Below, one piece after another: positions 1-7,635 of a stretch of 8,465 bases of DNA. Position 1 is the stretch's first letter. Every line of letters begins with the position of its first letter. Position numbers and translations under genes: made by a program. The notes under the pieces are model-generated. The model was not told where the DNA came from and did no database searches. It saw only the letters and a list, made by a program, of their open reading frames with translations. This DNA is from a virus (Duplodnaviria; Heunggongvirae; Uroviricota; Caudoviricetes), in IMG/VR virus record IMGVR_UViG_3300014749_000013, positions 1 to 8,465 of that record. The stretch is one strand, 5' to 3'.

Positions 1-456
1 CTGGCACGCCGTGTCCTTGTCCCCCCGCCAGTAATACCGCCATTCCGGCGCATTCACCGCGTCAGTACAGGCAGATGAGCAGGTGAACGTGCTTTTGTCG
101 TATCGCGTGATGGTAGCGTCTGGTCTGCCCAGGGCAGCAAGCTGTGCAAGGTAAAAATCCTCATTGATGCCGCCCGCCAGGTTAACCTTCGCATCCAGTC
201 GTTGCTGACGCTGGCGAAGGGTCTGTGTCCCTGCGGGAATACATTCATCCGGCAGACCGCACAGACGCTCCCAGCGGTTTATCAGTTCAGTGGTGGTGCG
301 CGGATCCAGCTCCCGCATCAGGGCATCCGCACGCTGATGAACGCGGGTTAATGACGGTGCCGCACCGGCAATCGCCGGATCTCTGGCTGACCACGCCGGA
401 CCGGGTGGCAACAGTGCCGACAACAGACGGATGTAATCATCGTTTGTCACGTCCAT
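1..456 (-). CDS. Mu gp48-like tail/baseplate protein (P2 gpI / DUF2313-type); N-terminal 152 codons only, C-terminus lies beyond the window start
   Basis: Reverse-complementing 1..456 by hand gives ATG at 456..454 followed by 152 sense codons with no stop down to position 1 ([124 protein letters not shown]...). The start overlaps the baseplate J stop (ATGGACGTGA). Position immediately after baseplate J matches the Mu gp47-gp48 order. Missing from the ORF track because it has no in-window stop. Family assignment rests on position and N-terminal motif recall, not a search. Confidence 0.55.
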   Translation of the reverse strand, partial: MDVTNDDYIRLLSALLPPGPAWSARDPAIAGAAPSLTRVHQRADALMRELDPRTTTELINRWERLCGLPDECIPAGTQTLRQRQQRLDAKVNLAGGINEDFYLAQLAALGRPDATITRYDKSTFTCSSACTDAVNAPEWRYYWRGDKDTACQ

Positions 457-1503
457 GAAATCGTCCCCAGTACCGCCAGTTCATTTTTTGCAATGGAGAT
501 ATTGTCCGCCGGTGCAAGCAACTGATGGCTGTATTCCCCGTTCGCACCGGAAATCGCTTCACTGATACGTGACACCTTCAGTTCTCCCTGCGGATAACCA
601 TCACGCAGCAGGAACGAACGCAACTCCGCGGTAATGGCAGCCCGTATTTCTGGTGTGTCCGGCGTCACGCGGATATGAAAATCCACCGTATGTGCCACCG
701 GCCTGAATACATACAAATCAGAGCCTGCCACCGGGGCCAGTGGCCCGATATGTTGTCTTGCTGCCGTTTCCGTTGATTCTTCCGGAATGGGATTAATCAG
801 GTCACTGCTGGCAATCATCACACCGACAGTTCCCGTTCCCATCCAGTGGCGGTATGTCCATGCACGGGTAATGCCTGGCACTTCTTTAGCCCAGACGACA
901 TAGTCCCCGTCAGCCCCGCCCTGAGGCGTCCAGTAATACCGCTCAATGACGCGGGCGCGCCACGTTTCCAGCTCTTCAGTATCAAATCCGCCTGTCAGGG
1001 TGTCAGCCACACCGGAAGACGGCAGACCATTCACCGGCGTGACCAGGATTAATGCCGTACCGTCGTCAGCGTTACCGACCGCGCCTGTAGTTGAGCAAGT
1101 GATCGGCACACGCAGGACACCACCGGAGCTGGTTGCATCGGCAGTTGCCGTGTACTGAACCAGGTCATCGCGCTGAATCACGCTCCCGGCAGTCACCTTC
1201 AGGCCATCTCTGACACCTTCCCAGCGCATATACCCGCTGGCAGCCGTGGCCCCCTTGCGCGGACACCGTTTCATCGCAGCATGTCGCGCCAGCCAGGACT
1301 CATCGCACAGGTCAGGCAGCATATTCATTGCCAGATAATCGATGTACCCGTAAACCGTATGCAGCGCCGCCGCATACACCTTTGCCCGCACGTCTTCNNN
1401 NNNNNNNNNNNNNNNNNNNNNNNNNNNNNNNNNNGAATAAATCGTTACGGAGCATACTGATATTTTCTGCCAGCGTCGGGCGCTGAAATTCACTGTCCGC
1501 CAT
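447..1503 (-). CDS. Baseplate J-like protein (Mu gp47-like), interrupted by a 37-N gap that breaks the reading frame
   Basis: The 357-aa ORF 447..1520 reads as a baseplate J family protein after the gap ([23 protein letters not shown]... to ...AVLGTISWT, stop TGA at 447..449). The likely true start is ATG 1503..1501 ([23 protein letters not shown]), in a different frame upstream of the N-run and overlapping the gp46-like stop by 14 nt. The two frames cannot be joined across 37 N, so the real gap length is not 37. Confidence 0.75.
1398..1434. other. Run of 37 N (assembly gap or masked bases) inside the baseplate J-like gene
   Basis: Directly visible as n characters at 1398..1434. Confidence 0.97.
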
Positions 1504-1918
1504 GCGTTATCGCACTCCACAGATCATCAAAAGAAATCATTACCGGTCCGTCACGACGCCAGAGAGTGATACTGTTACCCAGTTCATTAATCCCGGTGCG
1601 GCGGATATCCAGATCAATACGGGACACCACGCCGTCATCAATCATCCATTGCAGGCATTCGCGGATATATCCCCTTACCGTCTGCACCAGTTGATTGGTC
1701 AGTTTGCTGCGCTGAAGCAGCCACAGTCGGGAGCCGTAACGGTCATTCTGTACCGCAGGCCAGGTATCCCCCCACCATCCCATCGGGACGTCGGCGTTGT
1801 CATCAGGCTCCGCCCGCCGCCAGGTAAACAGGGAAATCACCACGGCGCGGGTCAGCGGATCCAGCGGTGCGCTGGCGCAGGTGCGTTTACCGTTCACCGT
1901 CAGCCACAGTTCCATCAT
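1490..1918 (-). CDS. Mu gp46-like baseplate protein (GP46 family; gpW / T4 gp25-like wedge)
   Basis: 142-aa ORF with ATG at 1918..1916 overlapping the upstream gene's TGA (ATGA). Size and position between the gpV-like and baseplate J-like genes match Mu gp46. Confidence 0.7.
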   Translation of the reverse strand: MMELWLTVNGKRTCASAPLDPLTRAVVISLFTWRRAEPDDNADVPMGWWGDTWPAVQNDRYGSRLWLLQRSKLTNQLVQTVRGYIRECLQWMIDDGVVSRIDLDIRRTGINELGNSITLWRRDGPVMISFDDLWSAITHGGQ

Positions 1919-2463
1919 GCCTCCATCGCTTTATCCGGTTTGTCGGTGTTACTGCCCTGACCGTTCTCTCTGTGACGATGCCCGTTATAGGCAAGCCGCA
2001 TCGCTGACATGGTGGTACCGCCGGAGTCGCACAGGTCTTTCACCTGTCCGGTCACTTCCAGGTCCATTTCAAAACGTGCTCTGGGCGCATTGCGAAACGT
2101 GATCGTTTTACCTGCACCGTCCACCACGATCCCCTCCCGGGTCAGCGTCACAGACTGCCCCTGATCGTCATAGACAGCCACCTCACCCGTCTGCAGCCCT
2201 TTCAGGCGGTAGCGCCGGTCCGACACCGTAACAACCACCGCATGAGAACGGTCGCCATCCGGAAACAACACCACCGCTTCCGCACCGCTGTTTGCCCTTG
2301 CGGTAAAACCGTAGGGTTCAAGATGTTCAATCCCGGCTTTGGGTTCACCGGCAATCAGGGACACATCCACGGTCTGACATTTCGTGGCGGCACTGATGCT
2401 TTTCACCACTGCCCGCCCAATCAGGCCGAGAAGTTGTCGCTGCATTGCTTCAATCGTCCTCAT
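1915..2463 (-). CDS. Baseplate assembly protein V-like (Mu gp45-like spike/hub protein)
   Basis: 182-aa ORF with ATG at 2463..2461 overlapping the upstream stop (TGATG). Sequence (LIGRAVVKSISAATKCQTVDVSL...GEVAVYDDQGQSVTLTREGIVVDG) and position after the P-like gene fit the gpV / Mu gp45 family. Confidence 0.75.
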   Translation of the reverse strand: MRTIEAMQRQLLGLIGRAVVKSISAATKCQTVDVSLIAGEPKAGIEHLEPYGFTARANSGAEAVVLFPDGDRSHAVVVTVSDRRYRLKGLQTGEVAVYDDQGQSVTLTREGIVVDGAGKTITFRNAPRARFEMDLEVTGQVKDLCDSGGTTMSAMRLAYNGHRHRENGQGSNTDKPDKAMEA

Positions 2464-3542
2464 CAGAACGGGTCCTCCTGTACTCTGGCTTTTTTCTTTT
2501 TCCGCGCGCCGGGATCTTCGGGTTCAGGCAGATAAGCATCAGGCGGGCCGACACGGATTTCCGTCAGGGTGCCGTTCTGGTCCTGAGTAAACGTGACTTC
2601 CGAGACAAGCAGTTCGGTATTGTCGAAACCACAGACCGGATCGAAGACAATCACCCGCTGGTTGGGCTGCCACAGCGTACCGTTACCCTGTCGCCAGCCC
2701 TGCACCACATAGGTGGTTTCATCCGTCCGCGCCGCCCGTTGCCGGGCTTCAAAGTCAGCACGCGCAATACAGCCTGCCCCCGTAGCCTGCCCTGTCTGCC
2801 TGATATACATCGGACGGTAACGGGCAATAAATGCGTCCTCTGTGCGGGCCCGCAGCGCGGTGGTGGTGGCCTCACCGAAATCATCGTCGTTTCCGGCACG
2901 CTGCCCCGCCACCTGGTAAACAGAAAACCGCTCCCGGATACTCTTCTCCGTATCACAGGAAAGGATGTTTTCCCCAAGTACCAGCGCGGTATGTGCCCGC
3001 GTTGAGCCAACACCGCCAATCACCAGCCTGCCGTGCGGGTCGTCATAAGCCAGCGCCTGCTGCTGACCGAGTATTTTGTTGATTACCTCAATCACCGTTT
3101 CACCGTGATCAGGCTGGACATCAGGAATAACACCCGACGGCGCACCGCTGTTCACCACCTCAATGCCGAAAGGCGCAGCAAGCGCCTGCGCAATCTGTAC
3201 CAGCGATCGTCCGTTAAACTGTGTCGGTTCGGCTGCACAGTCAATCAGGTCAGCGGTCAGACTGCGTCCGGCAATACCGGTGCTGACCGAACGGGCATCG
3301 TAACGAACGGGCGTCGCCTCCACCCAGCCGGTGATCACCAGCTCATCACCAATCAGCACCTCCACTTTTGAACCGTTTTTAATGCGCGGCTGAAGCGTGG
3401 TGATACCCTCATCTCCCGGCCACTGGCGGGTGATCTCCACACTGAAATCCCGCGCCAGTCGTTCAACACCGGCACCGATGCGCACCGATGTCCAGCCATT
3501 CCACTCCCGGCCATTTACCCGTAGCGTGACGTTATCGTTCAT
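2463..3542 (-). CDS. Mu P (gp44)-like tail protein; P2 gpD-like baseplate hub
   Basis: 359-aa ORF with ATG at 3542..3540 overlapping the N-like stop (ATGA). Size and position match Mu gp44. C-terminus carries a lysine-rich tail (ARKKKKARVQEDPF). Confidence 0.8.
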   Translation of the reverse strand: MNDNVTLRVNGREWNGWTSVRIGAGVERLARDFSVEITRQWPGDEGITTLQPRIKNGSKVEVLIGDELVITGWVEATPVRYDARSVSTGIAGRSLTADLIDCAAEPTQFNGRSLVQIAQALAAPFGIEVVNSGAPSGVIPDVQPDHGETVIEVINKILGQQQALAYDDPHGRLVIGGVGSTRAHTALVLGENILSCDTEKSIRERFSVYQVAGQRAGNDDDFGEATTTALRARTEDAFIARYRPMYIRQTGQATGAGCIARADFEARQRAARTDETTYVVQGWRQGNGTLWQPNQRVIVFDPVCGFDNTELLVSEVTFTQDQNGTLTEIRVGPPDAYLPEPEDPGARKKKKARVQEDPF

Positions 3543-4915
3543 TGCACTGGCACCTTCAGAGGGATCACCGGCACAAAGCCGGGATGCGTAATGGCATTAC
3601 GCCGGATAATGTCCGCGTCACGCGCCGCGTTATCAAACCAGGTCGCCGCCAGCACCAGCGCGGGTAAAACCTCATCCGGCGTGCGCTGAATGATCCGTGC
3701 AGACTGTTCAAGGCGCGTGTTGATATCCGCATTCAGATCTGCTTTCACCCGGCGCAGCGCCAGAAACAGCGCATCACTGGTTGTACGGGACAACTCCTTA
3801 TCAATTGCCGTATTCAGTGTGTCGCGAATGTCAGTCAGTTCTTCCCACGTCGGCAGATCAACCGTGTTTTTCACCGCCGGTGCATTGTTCAGTGCCGGAT
3901 GCGTAACGGAAGGCCAGCCGGTGCTCTGCGCAGCTGTTGTTGCCTGCCCCACTGCGGCATTCTGCATCACCGCGGAAGTTGTTGGCGCAGGCAATCGGGT
4001 GACGGCATACGCCGCTTCGCTGATTGCGGTCGTACGAAGGGTGCTGGCAACCACGTTACGCTGCTGTGTCGCCGTGGCGGTGGTTTTACTGTCCGTTTTC
4101 CAGACGCCGCGCGGTTGCAGATCGCTGCCAAGGCTGACACCGGAAAGCGTTTTGATCATGGTGGCCAGGTCGCTGGCGTTACCATAAAGGCGTTTCCCGG
4201 TACGCCACATTTTCTGCACCTGCTCAACGAAATTTTTGCCTGACGATGGCGGCGGCAGAAGTACCGAGATATCCCCCTGCAACAGCCTGGCGGCATCCGA
4301 TACGGCAGAATCCACCACTTTCATCGCATCAGAAACATACCCCAGCATTATGCTGGCATTACCGATAACGTCGTTCTGCACGAAATCCGCCACACCATCG
4401 ATACTGAAACCGCTGAAGCTGTCACTGATGCAGTCATCCAGTGCAGAACAGGATGACATCAGCGTCTGCGCCGTCGCCGCACCTGATGTGGGGTAAGAGA
4501 GTTCTCCTGCTTCGACAAACTTCAGGTCAAAGCGGACAATACGCCCTTCACTTTTCGATGTGCTGACCCGAACTTCCCCGTCAACACAGACTTTCAGCTC
4601 ACCATATGTCGGGTGGACAAGCGTGCCGGGACCGGGTTTATTCAGCGCTTCAATCAGGCGATCGCGCTGGTCAAAGCAGTCATCTCCCACCACATAAGCT
4701 GTGATGGACGGGCGGAAAGTGACTTTTCCCAGATCTTCGGTATAGGGCTTGTCGCGGTTCGGGTATTCATGTGTTTCCACACGGCGACCGGTTCCCGCAC
4801 TTTCTTCTTCAACCTTAAACGGCACACCTCGAAATGACGCATCCTGAAGTCTGTCACGCCAGCCTGAAGACGACGAAAGTAATGAAGGTCGGGTGGGAAA
4901 TGAGGATAAATCCAT
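3539..4915 (-). CDS. Mu N (gp43)-like DNA circulation protein
   Basis: 458-aa ORF with ATG at 4915..4913, 24 nt downstream of the tape measure stop, with GAGGT upstream. The N-terminal region (LQDASFRGVPFKVEEESAGTGRRVETHEYPNRDKPYTEDLGKV...GTLVHPTYGELKV) resembles the DNA circulation N-terminal domain of Mu N. Confidence 0.8.
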   Translation of the reverse strand: MDLSSFPTRPSLLSSSSGWRDRLQDASFRGVPFKVEEESAGTGRRVETHEYPNRDKPYTEDLGKVTFRPSITAYVVGDDCFDQRDRLIEALNKPGPGTLVHPTYGELKVCVDGEVRVSTSKSEGRIVRFDLKFVEAGELSYPTSGAATAQTLMSSCSALDDCISDSFSGFSIDGVADFVQNDVIGNASIMLGYVSDAMKVVDSAVSDAARLLQGDISVLLPPPSSGKNFVEQVQKMWRTGKRLYGNASDLATMIKTLSGVSLGSDLQPRGVWKTDSKTTATATQQRNVVASTLRTTAISEAAYAVTRLPAPTTSAVMQNAAVGQATTAAQSTGWPSVTHPALNNAPAVKNTVDLPTWEELTDIRDTLNTAIDKELSRTTSDALFLALRRVKADLNADINTRLEQSARIIQRTPDEVLPALVLAATWFDNAARDADIIRRNAITHPGFVPVIPLKVPVQ

Positions 4916-4939
4916 AGACTGACCTCAAAAAGGACTGCG

Positions 4940-6874
4940 TTATCGTGGAAAACGAAAAGGGGAATACCCCACATCGTGCGTGATTTTCATCAGGGGATCG
5001 GCTTTGCCCGGTACATCAATTATCTTCATACCTGGCGGAGCATTCTCGAACGTGACTTTCAGCTCGCTGTGCTGTGTCATGGAAGAAGATGGATTCAACA
5101 GCGGAACATTGGGTTTGTACTGACTCAGGCTGGCCTGATACTGCTCGTACTCTTTACGATCAAAAAAAGGCGTCCAGTCTGAAGCCAGAAACAGCCCTTT
5201 ATTATCCAGCCAGTTAACCGTATCTTCAGGAACAACACTTTCCAGAGTATCTTTAACCGGCTCATACATCAGGGTTCCCAGAAAACCATATACCCCGGCC
5301 TTCCCGATAAAGCCGCGGCCTTTCCCCATCAATCCCGTTTCTGCCGATACCTTCCCCAGCGTACGCATCTCTCTGGTCACTGCGGTAATGGATTTGGTAA
5401 CGTCAGCAACCCATTTGGTTGCCATAAACAGGGCAATCGCTTTCAGAACAGTTTCCCATCCCCCCATCGCCTGCGCCGTTTCATCCACCACGTGCCAGAC
5501 TTTTTTTATGACAGGACCTACGGTTTCCCAGTTATCAATAATGAGGTAAGCGCCACCAACCAGAAGAGCAATCAGCCCCTTAGCAGGCGTCATATTCATC
5601 ACACCGCCGAGAACTTTCATAATTCTGGACAAAGAGCCTGCAGCGGCTCCCACCGTCAGTAAGGCCAGACCGATTTTAGCAATGGTCTTAACGAGCTCCG
5701 GGTTTTCACGGACAAACGTTCTCACTTCCTCAAGGAGCGGTTTTACCGCTTCAAGACCATCATTAACCTCAGGAAGAAACGTTTCCCCCAGCGTGGAAGA
5801 AATGGCATCAAGTTGATTTTGCAGAAGTAAAAGCTGGTTTTCCGTCGTCGCTGCCCTCGAAGCATATTCCTTCTGCATCGAACTGCCATACTGCTGGGAA
5901 TCCGCAACCCGCCTGAAGTTGGTACGCAACAAATCAAGGTTAGTCAGCAGAGGTGCTATCGCGCCCAGAGACTCTTTCCCGAACAGGGCATTCAGCACAG
6001 CTGCCTGTTTTTCTTTGGGCACTTTAGCCATCGCATCCAGTACAGACAGCATGGTTCCCCGGGCATCTTTCTGCATATCAGCAGCTAATTTCTTCGGATT
6101 GATCCGCAGAAAACGTAATGCCTGTTTCTGCGATTTTGTCGCGGAATTTCCCGCGGTCAGGGAAAGCATGAAGTTCTTGATCCCTGTGGCGGCAATTTCT
6201 GACTCCACGCCCATCCCGGCAATGGTTGCCCCCATTGCCGCGATTTCGCCGGAAGCCACACCTGCAACACCACCTAAAGGACCAATACGCGTAACAATAT
6301 CGGAGATTTTCTTCGCATTCGCCGGGCCGGTATTACCAAGGTAGTTGATTTTGTCAGCCAGCCCGGCCACTTCATCCTGCGTCATATTAAACGCAGTACG
6401 CCACTGGGCCATCATCTGCCCGGACTCTTCAGCCGTGGTATCAAAGGCCACGCCCATCTTCACCGCATCAGTGGCAAACTGCATCAGTTCATCACGTGCA
6501 ATCCCGGCCTGACCGCCACCCCGGCCACCCCGGCCCTGCCCCCCGCCCGCCACAATTTCCGCGATCCCGTCTGCAGACATGGGAAGCTCAGTAGACAAAG
6601 CGCGTACCTGCTCCGTCATGGCCTTAAACGCATCCGGCGTATCCAGACCGTCTACCACTTTGCGGACATCAGCCATCTTCGATTCAAGGGTGATGGCTGA
6701 TTTTACAGGGAGTGCCAGTGCCCCCATTATTGCAGTACCCGCCCCGGCAGCGCCCAGAGCAAGGCTGGAGACTTCTTTCTGAAACCCCTTAAGCTGACGC
6801 TGCATACCTTTAAGCGGGCCGGACAGCCTGTCAACGGCGGTGATGATGGCTTTCAGCTGAAAATTATCAGCCAT
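4940..6874 (-). CDS. Tail tape measure protein
   Basis: 644-aa ORF, the longest in the window, lying between the chaperone and the baseplate genes. ATG at 6874..6872 is preceded by GAGGAG at a 7-nt spacing. Mostly Ala/Gly/Leu-rich with a glycine-rich GGGQGRGGRGGGQAG segment and a hydrophobic stretch (IGLALLTVGAAAGSL...LIALLVGGAYLII), typical of tape measure proteins. Confidence 0.9.
   Translation of the reverse strand: MADNFQLKAIITAVDRLSGPLKGMQRQLKGFQKEVSSLALGAAGAGTAIMGALALPVKSAITLESKMADVRKVVDGLDTPDAFKAMTEQVRALSTELPMSADGIAEIVAGGGQGRGGRGGGQAGIARDELMQFATDAVKMGVAFDTTAEESGQMMAQWRTAFNMTQDEVAGLADKINYLGNTGPANAKKISDIVTRIGPLGGVAGVASGEIAAMGATIAGMGVESEIAATGIKNFMLSLTAGNSATKSQKQALRFLRINPKKLAADMQKDARGTMLSVLDAMAKVPKEKQAAVLNALFGKESLGAIAPLLTNLDLLRTNFRRVADSQQYGSSMQKEYASRAATTENQLLLLQNQLDAISSTLGETFLPEVNDGLEAVKPLLEEVRTFVRENPELVKTIAKIGLALLTVGAAAGSLSRIMKVLGGVMNMTPAKGLIALLVGGAYLIIDNWETVGPVIKKVWHVVDETAQAMGGWETVLKAIALFMATKWVADVTKSITAVTREMRTLGKVSAETGLMGKGRGFIGKAGVYGFLGTLMYEPVKDTLESVVPEDTVNWLDNKGLFLASDWTPFFDRKEYEQYQASLSQYKPNVPLLNPSSSMTQHSELKVTFENAPPGMKIIDVPGKADPLMKITHDVGYSPFRFPR
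6516..6551. repeat. Short imperfect 9-bp tandem repeat (CCACCCCGG x2, then CCCTGCCCC, CCGCCCGCC) inside the tape measure gene
   Basis: Visible on the plus strand at 6516..6551; on the minus strand it encodes the glycine-rich segment GGGQGRGGRGGGQAG. Confidence 0.5.
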
Positions 6875-7282
6875 GCTTCATCTCCTCATTTATACGGACG
6901 GCCTCTGCCTCCAGATCAGCAAAGTGGGAAATAGCCGTCCGGCGAAGTTCAAGGGGGTTTAATTTCCAGAACCACGCGACATTGTAGAATCGCTTCCGGA
7001 GGTCTCTTCCGTCTCCAAGCCGGTAAAAAAACGCATTACAATCATGCCTGCCTTGAAAATATCCAGCTTCGTCATCTGCGCTGCAGACGAGCGCGGGATC
7101 CCGGCCAGAAGCGGGATATATTTCAGCGCTACCTGACTGTCCATTTTCATACCACCATCAGGTGAAACAGAGAAAGGGAACCCCAGCGCCTCAATCTCGT
7201 CATACGTAGGCTCACGTATTTCCAGCACATGCAGTGTTTCTTTGTGGGCGATGATCGGTTTTTTAAGTACAAGCTCAATCAC
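6867..7282 (-). CDS. Predicted -1 frameshift product of the tail assembly chaperone (lambda GT / P2 E+E' analogue), about 138 aa
   Basis: After codon 86, the -1 frame stays open for 52 codons (YRLGDGRDLRKRFYNVAWFWKLNPLELRRTAISHFADLEAEAVRINEEMKHG) and ends at TGA 6869..6867, which overlaps codons 2-3 of the tape measure gene. This fills the 84-nt non-coding gap between the 0-frame stop and the tape measure start. Confidence 0.55.
6882..6887 (-). promoter_or_regulatory. Shine-Dalgarno sequence (GAGGAG) for the tape measure gene
   Basis: GAGGAG on the minus strand, 7 nt upstream of ATG 6874..6872; it lies inside the predicted frameshift extension. Confidence 0.5.
6959..7282 (-). CDS. Tail assembly chaperone, 0-frame product (Mu gp41-like; lambda G / P2 E analogue)
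   Basis: 107-aa acidic ORF between the tube and tape measure genes. Start is GTG at 7282..7280 overlapping the tube stop (GTGA), with AAGGGG upstream; no in-frame ATG is available. Stop TAA at 6961..6959. Confidence 0.7.
   Translation of the reverse strand: MIELVLKKPIIAHKETLHVLEIREPTYDEIEALGFPFSVSPDGGMKMDSQVALKYIPLLAGIPRSSAAQMTKLDIFKAGMIVMRFFTGLETEETSGSDSTMSRGSGN
7025..7031 (-). other. Candidate -1 ribosomal frameshift slippery heptamer T_TTT_TTT
   Basis: Minus-strand sequence ATG CGT TTT TTT ACC (plus-strand A7 at 7025..7031) fits the X_XXY_YYZ pattern in the chaperone 0 frame, at codons 84-86 of 107. Confidence 0.55.
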
Positions 7283-7635
7283 TGGTAATCCCCTTCTTCA
7301 CCGTGGAACTCAAGATCAACCGTGCCTTCTTCGGCATTATGGTTCGCTTCGCCGTGCAGCCAGGCAGACGACAGTACATAGACCTGACCGTTCGCCAGCT
7401 CGGCAGTGATGGTCATCTCATCAGACGAGGTGATTTTGCTCACCGGAAAATTCTTCGGCACCTTGAAGGTCCCTTTGACATAGGGCGCACGGTGAGTTTC
7501 CTTGCGGTCCACTGAACCGTCCAGGCCGATGATGTCATCATTGACCGTCCTGTTCATGGGCACCTCAATGCCGCCGGTCAGCGATAGCTGCTGACCGTCA
7601 ATTTTGAAATAACAGGTTCCCCCAATACGGGCCAT
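7279..7635 (-). CDS. Tail tube protein (Mu M-like)
   Basis: 118-aa ORF immediately downstream of the sheath, with ATG at 7635..7633 overlapping the sheath TAA by 1 nt (TAATG). Size and position match a contractile-tail tube protein. Confidence 0.8.
   Translation of the reverse strand: MARIGGTCYFKIDGQQLSLTGGIEVPMNRTVNDDIIGLDGSVDRKETHRAPYVKGTFKVPKNFPVSKITSSDEMTITAELANGQVYVLSSAWLHGEANHNAEEGTVDLEFHGEEGDYQ

Noticed and set aside
54-248. Minus-strand 64-aa ORF
   Set aside because: Out-of-frame overlap with the 152-codon gp48-like open frame that spans 1..456; an alternative-frame artefact.
1435-1520. N-terminal extension of track ORF 447..1520 ([28 protein letters not shown]) and the separate 63-aa ORF 1312..1503
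   Set aside because: The 1520 start is an out-of-frame read-through across the N-run. ORF 1312..1503 is not an independent gene; its pre-gap part is the real N-terminus of the baseplate J-like gene, and its post-gap part is frame noise.
2651-3019. Minus-strand 122-aa ORF, plus similar small minus-strand ORFs at 4654..4974, 5743..5937 and 8114..8305
   Set aside because: Alternative frames nested inside the P-like, N-like, tape measure and sheath genes; Arg/Cys/Pro-rich translations with no independent support.
5162-5168. Second T_TTT_TTT heptamer (plus-strand A7) in frame within the tape measure gene, at the FF dipeptide of ...WTPFFDRKEY...
   Set aside because: A -1 slip here hits TGA immediately and would only truncate the tape measure protein about 60 residues early. 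There is no extension ORF and no known precedent, so this is most likely a chance TTT TTT codon pair. It does show that the heptamer alone is weak evidence and that the chaperone call rests on the open extension ending at the tape measure start.
225-6782. Plus-strand ORFs from the track (225..458, 846..1052, 946..1158, 1502..1960, 1797..2102, 2242..2535, 2384..2590, 2445..3005, 2831..3082, 3033..3371, 3397..3591, 3690..4187, 3899..4243, 4236..4496, 4613..4837, 4976..5182, 5919..6344, 6579..6782, and 7303..7515 and 7908..8324 further on)
   Set aside because: Every one lies entirely antisense to a longer minus-strand gene with a recognisable tail-protein sequence and coupled start/stop architecture. 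Their translations are Arg/Pro/Ser-rich and low-complexity, typical of shadow ORFs in GC-rich DNA, and none has a convincing ribosome-binding site.
6867-7031. +1 (equivalently -2) frameshift as the alternative recoding route in the chaperone
   Set aside because: That frame is open for only about 24 codons and stops well before the tape measure start, whereas the -1 frame runs 52 codons and ends overlapping the tape measure ATG, matching the canonical arrangement.
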